Source: Sphagnum compactum | Lineage: Eukaryota | DNA length: 64,000 nt | Reading direction: 5' to 3' | Assembly: GCA_965153455.1 (NCBI GenBank) | Contig: OZ234494.1 | Location: 1,674,001-1,738,000, forward strand | Shown here: one piece after another, positions 12,880 through 25,000 of the stretch | Numbering within the stretch: the first letter of the stretch is position 1 | Layout: each line of letters opens with the position of its first letter | The notes under the pieces: model-generated | Seen by the model: the letters and a program-made list of their open reading frames with translations, nothing else | Told to the model about the DNA's origin: nothing | Database searches by the model: none | Program-made: the position numbers and the translations under genes

Positions 12880-13860
12880 TTCACAGCAAAAAGTCCTGAT
12901 GGTGATACAAATCAGAGAACTTTTTTGTCATTTAGCTAATGTCATGCAGGAGAAATTCATACCTGGCACAAACTAGCATTGTTCATCTGCTTAGACAATC
13001 TCTTGAGTTCAGCAAACATTCCAGTGAGGAGGATCTTGATCATCACTTATAAAACTGGATCTGCCATCTCATTCAATTCCATCTACATGCAACTTGGCTG
13101 TTTCACACTTCTTTCCCTTCTCTCCCATTGAACCTTTGCATGGGAGATCTGCTCGCCAACAACATGTTTCATAGCAGCACATATGACATAGCGTTTCCAG
13201 AGTGCACTTGAACAATTCAATTTTTGCTTTCAACTATACAATCAACAAGCAGGGTCATCCAAAAATCCCCACTTGACTCACAAGTCATGACTTTATGTCA
13301 CCACTTTATGTAGTCTTTGATCTTGAGCAAACCTGTCCTCTTCAAGTGCTGCTAGACTAGTACATGGATTCAGGACCCACATGAACGTGACAGGTTCTGG
13401 CTCCACACCTACCCATTGCATCAGTGAAATAATTCCAATAATTTCCACAGTTAAGTTCACATTTCACACGTCCCAATGCCATGGCACTCTACCAGACCGG
13501 GTTATTGAACACTCTCCAAGCATCCCAAGCCAGGTGATTGTTCATGGGTTTAGGGTTTAGTGTTCATGATGCTCCTACATGTTGCATGCATGTCAATGAA
13601 GCCATCCCCCACAATACACATTGGTGGACTTGCACCTGCTTTGAATGATTTGTTCATAAACACCCCTGCCATCTTCAAACACTTGTAAACGAGCACATGC
13701 AAGGAGCCGGCTGGAAGAAGAATTTTGAACTCATCAGGATTTATGCTTCAGGCTTGTTGCAATTTCAGAAAAACCCCATTGCATTCTCAGATTGCTTAGC
13801 GCCTAGCATCTCTTCAAATCCTGAGCAATTTATTTCAACCATAGGAGTTGCCATTCAAGA
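12880..13860 (-). pseudogene. Decayed PLS-class pentatricopeptide repeat gene with E/E+ and start of DYW-like region
   Basis: Minus-strand peptides ACARLQVFEDGRGVYEQIIQS, IDMHATCRS, DAWRVFN and GVEPEPVTFMWVLNPCTSLAALEEDR are PPR motifs. They are followed by VKQPSCM*MELN and AELKRLSKQMNNA..FLLHDI (E+/DYW entry). Many stops and frameshifts. Confidence 0.8.
13547..13560 (+). repeat. Interstitial telomeric repeat (GGTTTAG)2
   Basis: Two plant-type TTTAGGG permutation units flanked by the direct repeat TGTTCATG. Confidence 0.75.
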
Positions 13861-13974
13861 AGCCGGAGAGATTGCAGTTTGACCTTCCTCCATTTTGTAC
13901 AAGCTAAAACACTGCAAAAGCTTTTTGAACTTAAGAAACTGTGGATTTGCACATCATTCATAGGAAGATGCAGA

Positions 13975-14223
13975 AAAAAGTGGCTATCATCCCTGAGAAG
14001 ATTTAGCCAAATCTGGCTATAAACCAAATAAGAAGTACAAATCTTTAATCATCCTTCTGTATCTTTTTGCTAGAAATTTAAAACTAAGTATGGAAATCTG
14101 GTGATTTTTGCTATTTTTTTCCCTTGCTTTTGGCGATTGAAAACTTCCAAAATCGCCTAATTTCAATTTTTTAATTTTTTAATATCTCTTTTTGGCGAAA
14201 TTTCCCTAATGAGAAAAAGGCTG
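13975..14223. mobile_element. MITE relative of the 4760-5058 hAT-type family (partial)
   Basis: Contains the TGGCTATCATCC..GAAGATTTAGCCAAATCTGG core and ends AAAAAGGCTG. Confidence 0.55.
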
Positions 14224-14623
14224 ATGCTCACTTTGTGAGATATCAAGTACATCTTGCTATCTTTTATGGAGGATGCCCCCAACTCTTGCATTCAAAAGTG
14301 TACCATACTCACTAAAATAATCACCTATGGTGTTGCCATATCAAAATGTTCCCAACATTGTCTCCAAATAAGAACTTCAAACATTCTTATGGAAACTCAT
14401 GAGAAAGGCAAGCCCTTTCATCTAATGATAAGCAAAATAAACATAAAATGTGGAGGCTACTGTGAGCCATGTATTATGATTCAACAAATTGTTAAGTTTT
14501 AGTTCCATAACTTTCCTTAGTAATAATGATTTGAATCCTTATAAACCTCCAAATAATAATAATTAATGGTTGAATTAACTTTTGGATATTTCCAAGCGTG
14601 GATAACTTCTTTATTTAAGATGA

Positions 14624-16560
14624 TGTAACGCTTAGTTAGTTTTAGGACCTAGTAAACCTTTTAAAGTGTATTATCCTTTTAGGTTCTAGAGAGATGAAAA
14701 AGAATGTAGAATTAGATGTGATTTTACTAATGTATTGGGAATACAAGCCCATAATTAACATTAACATTTCGCCACGACAATATTAGATTAGTTTGTAGAA
14801 TAATCTTTCAGCACTAATGATGTACTTATAATATTTCTTGGATGTAATCCTAATACATCCTTATTTAGTTTTCAATTCTATCAAACTCTTAAATAGAATC
14901 AAAATCAAAATTAAGTATTAACATTTTCATTCGAGTAGCCTCAAGTGAATTACAACTTAGTAAATGACTTAAAGGGGATAGATCACAATTGCAAAAAATT
15001 CAGAATGTAACGAATGGTGCAAGCTAGGTATTCGGCTCGATGCTCCATGGAAAGGGGGTTGATTGAGCTTCATAACCAACGATAATGGTCATCACGAGGA
15101 ACCCAAATTCGACAATGAAAACGAACATCGTCGTCTTCACATTGACATTCTTCAAACCTTTTTGGCGCAGTTTTTCAAGCAGGAACAAATTTTAAATAGA
15201 TTGCTAAGGCATGTGGGTTAAGAGATAATCGACGATCTCATGTCAAACGATCGACTCGAGTGCGTACCACTCTTCTGGACGGTTTTTCTTCGCGCGACTG
15301 TTCAGAGACATTCACATCAAACGGTGCTTCATCAAGCGGTGCTTTTTCAAGCTCTTCCTTTTCTACTAATGCAACTAGAAGATTCAAGGGCGTAACAACA
15401 TCATCCGCTATGACTAAATTTTCACATGTATGAACAAAAATCGAAGGGTAGCCGAAACAATTTGGCGCTTGCACTTGAAAGGGGTCGTTGCCTTTATTCA
15501 AGAAATTAGGGTAGGTGTAAGGCGTGGCAATGATGGCAGAACTTCGCGAAAACCGGGACATCTTAGTTCCAACGAATTCGTGATGCCCTAATATTGACAA
15601 TGGATCTAGAAGTACATGGGAATCCTTATAATTCCAAATTTAATTATAATTTACTATGAACTACATAATTATTTAGTACACGGTAAGGAATAACTAGGGA
15701 ATATTAAAAGAATAAATGGTGCAAGGAAAGGTTATTACTATCGTTGAATTTAATCAAATAGGAACTCAAGGATGGTTACTTATTACTACCGGTAAATTAT
15801 CTTAATAGTTAGTTACTTAGAATAGTTAGGATGAAGAAGTAGGATGTTAAGTCAAACAGACAAAATTGACAATGATTGAGCTCAAAAACCCCATCAAGAT
15901 ATCTAAGCTAAGGAAAAGGATGAGTCCTCCAATTCCATTGGTCATAAGGATTATCATCATATTTAATTGGAGAATATAACCTTTTTAGTGTTTCATTGGG
16001 CATAAGATTCTCATCCTAAATTCCATAGGAGAGAAAAATCATTCTCGATTCTCATTGATTCATGAAGGATGAGGAGGCCATTGATTGGAGGGAAGGATTT
16101 CCAAACTTCCATTGGACAAGGAGAACAAGTTCAAGGAGGGGTCATGGGAGGCTTACCAAGAAGTGTGGTATCTTGTGTGTTTTTCGGGGGAAAAAGGAAG
16201 AGAATGAGTGTGAAAGAAAAATTAGTTTTTATTTGTGAAAAAATGTTATTCATGAAAAAAATGTGTGCAAACAAAGAGCATGGAAGGAAGTTGTGTGTAA
16301 CAAGTAGTTATAGTGGGGTTCATGGAAGGATTTCTATGAACAAGCCTCTGGAATTTTATTTAAAATAGTTATTCCTCTCAAATCCACCGTTGGATTTGTC
16401 TCAAACGTTAAACAGTTTCAGTTTAAGAGGTGTAAAATGTTCTCCCAAAATTGTAGCATCATCAGGTTTGTTGCACGAAAACTACACTTGCCGAAAGTAA
16501 AGGGGGTTGAAACTATCTGTTTTTTCTCAAATTTGGTCAAAATAGTTTTTTTTTTTTCGA
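14624..16560 (-). mobile_element. Probable LTR/3'-region relic related to the gypsy element at the right end of the window
   Basis: About 16360-16530 aligns with the reverse complement of 63840-64000 (AATCCACCGTTGGATTTGT.TCAAA...CTCCCAAAA...CATCATC). A TGTAAC edge is present at 14624. Boundaries are uncertain. Confidence 0.4.
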
Positions 16561-18009
16561 AGCATAATTCTTGATTTCAGAAATAAAAACTTGTAATATT
16601 TTGTAATATTGATTAGCATGTTAAAATTTATGCCTTTTAAGATTAACTTTTCGAAAACCTAATGCATGTTAGACTAGGAGGTTGTATGAAGATATTATGA
16701 CAAATAGAACGAAGGGGAATCAACCATCAAGCGTGAACATGGATTTAACATCAACATAATGTTCTTTCACATTCCATCATGGTGAGTTTTGATTCTCCCA
16801 CAATGTTTTGGTATCTTCCAAGTGGACACAACGCATTAGATTATTAGTGAACCTCATTACATTACATTGAACCACTTGAACTTGTTAGAATACAACTACA
16901 TAGATAGTTCCACCCCCAGTGAGTTTTGTGAGTGCATATCTTCATGTGGAAGGTGTGTAAGAATTCCTCACAGCTACCAACATAAATTGAAAGCATTATG
17001 CCAAATGACTGGATGCATGTGTATGTAACACCTCATACAAATTCAAGAAACATTACATATGGACTTATCATGAAGTTCCTAAAACCCATGATAATGAAGA
17101 TTGTGTAATATGCATTGAATGTGTATATATTATTAATATATTTCAATGCACATGTGAAATAAACATGTGTACATGTGAATTTTTAAAAACCTCAAATTTT
17201 ATCCAAAAGACTCAAAACTATTATTTTGAATACATGAAATTTGAACTATACATATATACACACACACACACACACACATAATAGGTTTGATTGAATTTGA
17301 ATAATATAGACATGGTCACTTCTTAATTGCCATAGTAGCCCAGGCAATTTAGTTGTGGAATTCTCTATCTCATGTTCTAACCCAAGTTACCTAGTGATTA
17401 GTTGACCTCATGACCCCCATTACAGTTGGAGGGCTATATTGGGTAACATCTAGCATGGCGGCCTAATGGTGATTTAACACACAATCAATTTCAAATTTGT
17501 AAAACCCCCCAATATTCAAGGGACTTTACATGATATATGGGTTTAAACTTGCACTAACCCTGATTACCACATTCAAGAAGTCTTTACTTGGTCACCCCCC
17601 TACACCAACATCACATACCTTCCTTGGTCCCATGTGTTGTTTACTCATGGTGAAGTCTTACACATGGATAAGTCCTTTCCCATGACATGTCATAATGCAT
17701 TTTATATCCTTTCCATGCATGCATGTATTGCATGAATATCTATTCATGTATCCATACACATGTTTTGGTTTGCAGGTTGGGCAAGTTTTGGTTTAAAGGC
17801 CTTGGGGAATGTGGCAGCTAGTGTCCTTTGGTGCTATTTCCATCCATGTATGTTGAGGTAGGATCTAACCTCAGTTAAGCTTCCAACCATGAACACAAAA
17901 AGAACAACAAAATTCCAACCACAACAAGTCAGTTGGCATGTGTGGGGTTCAAGGTAAAATGGGGTACAAGGCTAGCTATGATTTGGCAAGTGACTGATGG
18001 TGTGATTAC

Positions 18010-18279
18010 CTACAATTTGTGACGTGTAACCAAACTGGCAATCATCCACAAGAAGATTTAGCCAAATCTGGCTATAGACCCAATATGAAAGTAGAAAAAT
18101 TTAAGAAGATTCTTATATTTTTGGCTACCTGCTGGAAATTGTAGAAATCTGGCATTAGAAATCTTCTTTTTTTGAAATCTGGGAAATTAGGGCCATTTTT
18201 TCACAAGGATCCTTTGTATGTGTCAAGATCATATTTGCAGGTTTAAAAACATTGCAAAACTTCACCCAGAAAAATACTG
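18010..18279. mobile_element. Third copy of the hAT-type MITE family
   Basis: CCAAACTGG..ATCATCCA.AAGAAGATTTAGCCAAATCTG...TTCACCCA.AAAAAATACTG aligns with 4790-5058. Confidence 0.7.
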
Positions 18280-19274
18280 TGTGTGACCATAGTTTGATTT
18301 TCAACCCAAAAAAACAAAAGGTGAAAAATCCAGAAATTTTTGGAATTTTTTGTTAATATTGTAAATTGAGCTATACATAATTTGGAAACATAGACCTTGC
18401 CAAAAGGATGAATTATCAATTTATGCCCTTCCTCCCTTCCTTCCTTTTCCCTTCTGGGGGCCAGGGTGAACCAGCATCCACCAGGGCACCATCCACTGGA
18501 TGTCCATTATTACTCAGTTGTGGATGAATCTCAACTGAGTTAATATTTGTTTCACCTTGGTAACTAATTCTGTAAGAAATAGGTCTTGCATATAGGTAGA
18601 TAGGTAGGAAAATAGGCCATTATCAGGTAAGTAGATGGTTTATACATAGGTAAGGGCTGTTTTTACTACCTACCTTCTAGCAACCTGCTTGTGGGTTGTT
18701 AGTGGGTAGGTAGTGAAAAAAAGCAACTGAGCTAACCACCATGGTTAGCTAGTGAGCTGGAACCCAACAGAAAACTGTTTCCTGACCACTTAGCATCCAT
18801 CCTTCATGGTGTGCTGGTGGGTGTTGGTTCACTGGGTGGGTGTTTTCTTCTTTTATAAAGTTTGCAGGGTTCCATCATTTGTTTTTTAATGCCCATAAGA
18901 ACATTGGTGTAGATTCCAGACTCCCTACAAAGCAAAGTAAAAATCAAATCTGGGGACAGAGTCAGGGGCATCCCATTTGGATATGTCACAATGATTTATC
19001 TGTTGTCGTGCAACCAATGTTGTTAGTAGAGAGCCCAAGCTGGCGAGTAGTATAATGGTTATACAGCACTTCAAACGTCAAACAGACTACAGCCTTAGAT
19101 TGAAAGCTAACAAGGGGTGCATCACAGTCTGGCCTTGACATGTATCTAAAGGCAAAAGAAGAATTATGGAAACTCAAATATTTCACCATGCAAAAACATA
19201 ATCTTCATAAAATCCTCTAAAAGAAACCAAAATCCTTCAAGATATTATAACTCTATAACAAAGTAAAGATCACA

Positions 19275-19790
19275 ATGAAAATCGATGGCTAGAACCATCA
19301 TAGAGAAGACAAAAGAGAAGGCCAAGGAAAGGCCAAAAGACACGCAATTTGCAAGAAGCGATGAAGGGAGAGAGTTAATTCCTCTCGTGATAAGAAACTA
19401 TCTCACTCGCAGTCCCTCTAATGTCACCTGCATGCAAATCATGAGATTTAATATTAATAAGAGGTTTAGAACAAGCATTTCCCGTCAACATAATATTTCT
19501 CTTTATAGCAAAGGTTAAAGCATGTTAAGAACAATACTAACACGTTGCTTCAAAAATTGAATGCAAAAAGACAACAATACATGACCTCTCGATTGTCTAT
19601 CATGGAAAAGATGAGCACACTCTCTAATCAAACAATATATATCGTTCCCAAGTGTGTCATGCATCTCCATGACTATCGAATTAAAATAATGCCTCTCATG
19701 AAGCTCTTTATAATTACGAATCTTAACAATGACGTTAAATTTCGCAATTACACCTACTAGTCGACTAATGACACTCTCAACCACCATCTC
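19275..19790 (-). mobile_element. 5'-truncated non-LTR retrotransposon 3' end (RLE/CRE-like C-terminus plus 3' UTR)
   Basis: KIRNYKELHERHYFNSIVMEMHDTLG...FCIQFLKQRVSIVL resembles the K..KY...F.P.A.E..G..G...QR.SIALQ C-terminus of restriction-like-endonuclease LINEs. Translation continues after a frameshift to a stop near 19376. Confidence 0.6.
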
Positions 19791-20523
19791 CCATCTCTAT
19801 AACTAATCTCAAATTTCAACATAAGCCAAAAATCCTCATAAAAAAATAGACCTATTACCCAGGGCCAAAATCCATTAAGCTACTATACTCTATGATGAAT
19901 CTAAACACAATATCCTTAAGCAAGGCCAATAAATCTCTGGTACGATGAGACCTCCTCCTCCATGGAGCTTGATATTAAGCACCCTCACAAAGGCCAAGTT
20001 GAAAAAAGTATGTTCCCCAGAAGAAAGAAAAAGTCGTCTGTAACAACTAACAACACCCTTTTGTTTGTTGGATTCATGTTCGTGTGGCTTTCCATCGAGG
20101 ACCCTCCTCTCTTTCCGTCTGGGACCCTCTTTTAGTATATAGGAGGAGGAGGAGGAAGGTATATCTATGTTTGGACCATTCCAGGTTTTTGAGGTGGCTG
20201 TCCCCCGAGGTCTATTACATGAAGCCCGCACAAACCAAACATTCCGGAATGGTCTCTGTCCGACTCCAGAACCCTGTCATCTTTTGATGAGACCTTTCGT
20301 CTTGGACATAAAACACTCCTTCATTTCTGGCAATGTATCTGGAGACATCTTTACCCAGTGGTATAGCCCTGTGGGCTTTCTGTGTCAGGTCCGTGGCCTT
20401 GACACCCTGTGTAACCAGTTTCCGGACTGCATTGTCCAACGTGTCACTTTCTCATTGGTTCAGAGGAACATAATTTTCTCCCTTCTCTCCTTTAGTTTTT
20501 AGTCCAGAAACCAGTTATGCCCA

Positions 20524-20614
20524 GTAACCAACAAGAGGAGCTGGATTACCAAAATAGTCTCGCCACATTTGCACCAAGACTGTATTCGGTAATCCGGCTC
20601 CTCTCACCAGTTAC
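20524..20614. repeat. Imperfect inverted repeat, ~40-bp arms
   Basis: GTAAC..AGAGGAGCTGGATTACCAAAATAGTCTCG pairs with CAAGACTGTATTCGGTAATCCGGCTCCTCT..GTTAC. Confidence 0.75.
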
Positions 20615-21272
20615 CTAATACATAATGCCTATTGGGCTTTCTTTTGTCCCCTTATTTTTTTATTTTTTTAATTTTTAAAAATAAAAAAATAAAAAATAAA
20701 ATAAAAAACAGAGCACAGATATGTGTGTTACGCATCTTGAAGCCCACGAATGAAAGGCACTACCGGATTTGGGCTGTGCTTGGCTCTACCGCGCAAGGGC
20801 CATTATTCCGGTGAAGCCCTCGCCCTTTAGCTTAGCTACCTCTTATTACAAAACACAGACGGACCAAGCCTTTGATGACATGGAGAGAATTCTGAAACAT
20901 TATAACCTGTCCATATATTTCGGCGCTTTTTCAGACTCGTTACGGCTGCAGAATCGGCCCGCCTTGCTGATTAATTGTATGGTCGGCGGATTTTGTAGTG
21001 TTCCCCTGGCAGGTCTCCAGCATTCCCTGCCTTTTAACACCAAAGAGCAGGCTGTAGATGACAGATTCTGCCATGTAAAAGCAAACACCAGGCGCACCCA
21101 AGGCATGCTTACTGGGTAGAATCCACAGACTATTATGGCCCACTCTTTAGTACACAAAGCTCCATACTTGCCAATTTGGAATATTCGAAGGCAGAATCTG
21201 CTGCCAAGGCCAAATTTCGTACTTTCCTACTTTAATAGGGTGGTAGTAACGCAGGCCCATTCCATAGTGGGT

Positions 21273-21595
21273 ATTTGTTGGCCTTGCCTGTGGAGGCAAG
21301 GATCTTGTGTTTAGACTCATTATAGAGTATAGTAGCTTAAGGGAATTTGGCCCCTAGGTAATAGGTCTATTTTTATACAAGGATTTTTGAAAGATGATAT
21401 TTTGGCTTGTGTTGATACTTGAAATTAGTTATAGAGTTATAATATCTTGAAGGACTTTGGTCTCTTTTAGAGGATTTTTGGAAGATTATTTTTTTGCATG
21501 GTGAAATATTTGTCTTTCTATAATTCTTCTTTTGCCTTAAGATATTTTCTAATGTAAATGGCAAGGCCATAGTGTGACACACCCCTTGTTTTCTT
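21273..21595 (+). mobile_element. ~325-bp interspersed repeat, copy 2, Helentron/HINE-like structure
   Basis: Same features as 5783-6106: GGCCTTGCC at 21280, GGCAAGGCC at 21560, GTGTGACACAC at 21572. Confidence 0.7.
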
Positions 21596-21747
21596 TGTCA
21601 CATTGACATCTACCAAACCATGTTGTCTTTTGCCTTGTTTTTGGTATCGTTAGAAATCTCTCGATGAGTAGGGGTGCATCAAGTTAGTTTCATAATCTTT
21701 TGACCTACAGCGGAGAAGTTATTGAGTGTTGAAATTTTTTAAAACTA

Positions 21748-21955
21748 AACTAACCAACTTGTTGGTTGGTTTTGATGCAGGTTCGAGTAAGTAAGTAAGC
21801 TTGTCACTCTTCCTAGTCCCATCCCGAAGCTTCAGCACGCCCCTCTACCCCTTTTAGTGCTAAAGGCTGGGAACGTGCCTCGAGGCCCTCACTTTTCCGC
21901 AACTTGAGTAAGTTAGCCCCATCTTGGCACTAACTAGGGACTTGGGAGTGCGTCA
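21748..21955 (+). repeat. 5' LTR remnant (3' 208 bp only)
   Basis: Matches 27688-27895 with 9 substitutions by my count. Confidence 0.9.
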
Positions 21956-21957
21956 CT

Positions 21958-21967
21958 TGGTATCAGA
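21958..21967 (+). promoter_or_regulatory. Primer binding site complementary to tRNA-iMet 3' end
   Basis: TGGTATCAGA lies 2 nt after the LTR-terminal CA (canonical TGGTATCAGAGC). Confidence 0.85.
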
Positions 21968-22005
21968 ATTTAAGGTGAGCTCGATTCACTTCTTGGGAGT
22001 TTCGG

Positions 22006-25000
22006 ATGGCACCCAAGAAAAACCGTAAGCAAGCTCAAGAAGCTACGTTGGAAGAACCCGTCGAAGACCTAGTAGTCCCGTCGGAGTCAATTGGGGAGGA
22101 GGAACCAAGAACCCGGGAAGACCAAGATGAACCCGAAAGTGAAGAAGAGCAACGGAGCTCGGTCCTATTCACCCCGGAACAATTGGAAGTCCTCTTCAAA
22201 ATGAATAGGCCCGACTTCGATGAGTTGGTGGCGGCCCTCAAAACGGGGACCTCCAAAAATGAAAGGTTTCAACCGGCCAAGCCCGGGAACTTCGATGGTG
22301 CCCACGAACAAAAGGTTGAGGATGCTTGGCTTGCCGAAATGGATGACTACATACATGCCACCAAGGTTGGACGGCATTCGGCCGTGGAGCTTGCCCAATC
22401 CTACTTGAAAGGCTATGCCGCCACATGGTGGAGGACAGTGAGACAAGAGGAGGGGAAGAACCATGGCTACACTTGGGAGTTCTTTAAGGAACGCATTGAG
22501 TCAAAATTTGTTCCAAGGAATTTCGACTACATCTCAAGGTGCAAACTCCGCGACCTTGTGAATGCCACAAATGACAACTTGTGAGGGCTTATTCAGAACT
22601 CATGCTCGAGATCCGGCACATGCATGAGTTGGATCGTGTGTGCCAATTTGTGATGCGGCTTCCAACTTGGGCGAAGCGTAAACTTGAGGAAAATTGGCCC
22701 TCCTCACTATCCGAAGCCATCATGAAAGTGGAAAGCTTCTCGGATGTGGGGCGGGGTGAAAAATCCGGGTTCAAGAAGGACAACAAGTTCCTTCACAAGA
22801 AGCCAAGGCATGAGGGAGAATGGAACCGAGGGCAAGGAAGCCCAACGAAGGATAAGCCCAAACAATTCCAAGGCTCCGGGTTCAAACCCAAGGGGAACTT
22901 TGTGAAGAAGGGGGCTACTTTCAAAGCGAGCCAACCAAAGGGAGATTTTGAGGTGAAACCCAAAGGAGCATGTTTCAATTGCAACAAAATGGGACATTAC
23001 TCCAAAGATTGTTCCAAGTCCAAAATGGGGAATGGGGGCTCTAATGTAATTGCCCTCCATGCCAACCTAGCCCAACCTGAATGTAATCGACTTATCTTCT
23101 TGAAGGGGAAGATTGCTAAGCGGGATGTGTTATGTCTTTTGGACACAGGGGCTTCTCACAACTTCATAACCTGAGAAAGCGCCGAAAAGATAGAGCTCCA
23201 CTTGGAGGAGCTCGAGGCACCCATCGAGGTGCACTTCGCGGATGGAGTTCCCCATCCCACAACGTTACAAGCAAAGGAAGTTCCTCTCCAACTAGGAAAT
23301 TGGAGAGGAAAGGTGGACTTGCTGGTTTCCACCTTGGGTGGAATGGATTGCATTTTGGGAATGGAGTTCATCACCCAAAATAATGTGCTCATAGAAGGGC
23401 ACAATAGGCTATTTAAAATCCCATCTAAAAGTGGGATTGTACGGGTGAAGGCACACGAATTGCCTTGTGTGGGTGGACCAACGATCCACTTTATGTTAAG
23501 AAAATCCTGGGAAAGAGAATGCGTGGGAGGCTATGGCATGATGTGTGTTATGCGGGTGTTGGACGAGTATGAGCCCAAGGAAGCCACCAAGTTGGTGACT
23601 TCCTCCAAGTGCATAAAGAGAGTTTTGGAAGAGTTCCCGGATGTGATGCTCGAAGAGTTACCTGAAGACCTGCCCCCGAGAAGACGAGTTGATCATGCGA
23701 TCGAGGTGATGCCGGGAGTGGCACCTCCCGCCAAGGCCCCATATCGAATGAGCCATGAAGAGTTGAAAGAGCTTAAGGTTCAACTTGAAGAACACCTCAC
23801 AAAAGGTTATATCAAACCAAATAAATCACCGTATGGGGTACCCGTCCTTTTTGTTCACAAGAAGGATGGGACGTTGAGGATGTGTGTGGATTATAGAGCC
23901 CTCAAACAGGCAACGGTGAAGAACCGGTATCCTTTGCCTCGAATCGATGATCTATTTGATCGTCTCTTGGGAGCCAAAGTGTTTAGTAGGATTGACCTAC
24001 GTTCGGGGTATTACCAAATTCGGATTGCGGAAGGGGAGGAAGAAAAGATTGTTTGCCGCACAAGGTATGGTTCATATGAGTTCTTGGTGATGCCCTTTGG
24101 GCTTACCAATGCACCCGCCACATTTTGCACTCTCATGAATGACATTTTCCGAGAATGGCTTGATGATTTTGTGGTCGTCTACATAGACGACAATTTTATA
24201 GTAGCTCTTTGGAAGAGCATGAGGAGCACCTTCGCAAGGTGTTCCAAAGGCTTAGGGAAAACAAGTTGTATGCCAAGCTTGAGAAGTGCGAATTCGGGGT
24301 GGCGGAAGTGGACTTCCTTGGACATAGGATAACTTAAGAAGGTTTGAAGATGGATGATCACAAGGTCAAGGCAATTTTGGATTTGGAACCCCCAAAGTCG
24401 GTTCCAACCTTGAAATCCTTCTTAGGATTGGCATCCTATTATCGCAAGTTCATCAAGAACTTTGCGAAGATAGCTGCACCCTTGACAAACCTCTTGAAGA
24501 AGTCCGCCATCACTTATGAATGGGAAGAAGCATGCAACAAAGCCTTTGAAACCTTGAAAAGCATTTTGGTGAAGGCGCCGGTGTTGAAGTTGCCCGACTT
24601 TGACAAAGAGTTTGAGATCCATTTCGATGCCTCTGACTTTGCAATTGGAAGAGTCCTAGTGCAAGAAGGAAGACTAGTGGCATTTGAAAGCAAGAAGTTG
24701 AGTGAGACGGAACGAAGGTGGCCAACACACGAGAAGGAAATGTGGGCGGTCATACATTGTCTCAAGACTTGGGGCCACTATATACGCTCCAAGGATGTGG
24801 CGGTTTGGACCGACAATGTGACTTTGAAGTACTTTGCCACTCAACCCAAATTGTCATCAAAACAAGTGAGATGGCAAGACACATTGGCATTGTTCAATGT
24901 GGACATCCGGCACAAGCCCGGAAAGGAGAACATAGTGCCCGATGCATTGAGCCGAAAGCACCAACTTAGAGTGGTGTATGTGGGAGAGACAGAACTTCAA

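Noticed and set aside
15238..15600. 120-aa ORF as a host gene
   Set aside because: It lies inside a probable LTR-element relic and shows no homology I can recognise.
19890..21157. Cluster of 60-116 aa ORFs as a small gene or operon
   Set aside because: They overlap on both strands with no motifs and no consistent splice structure.
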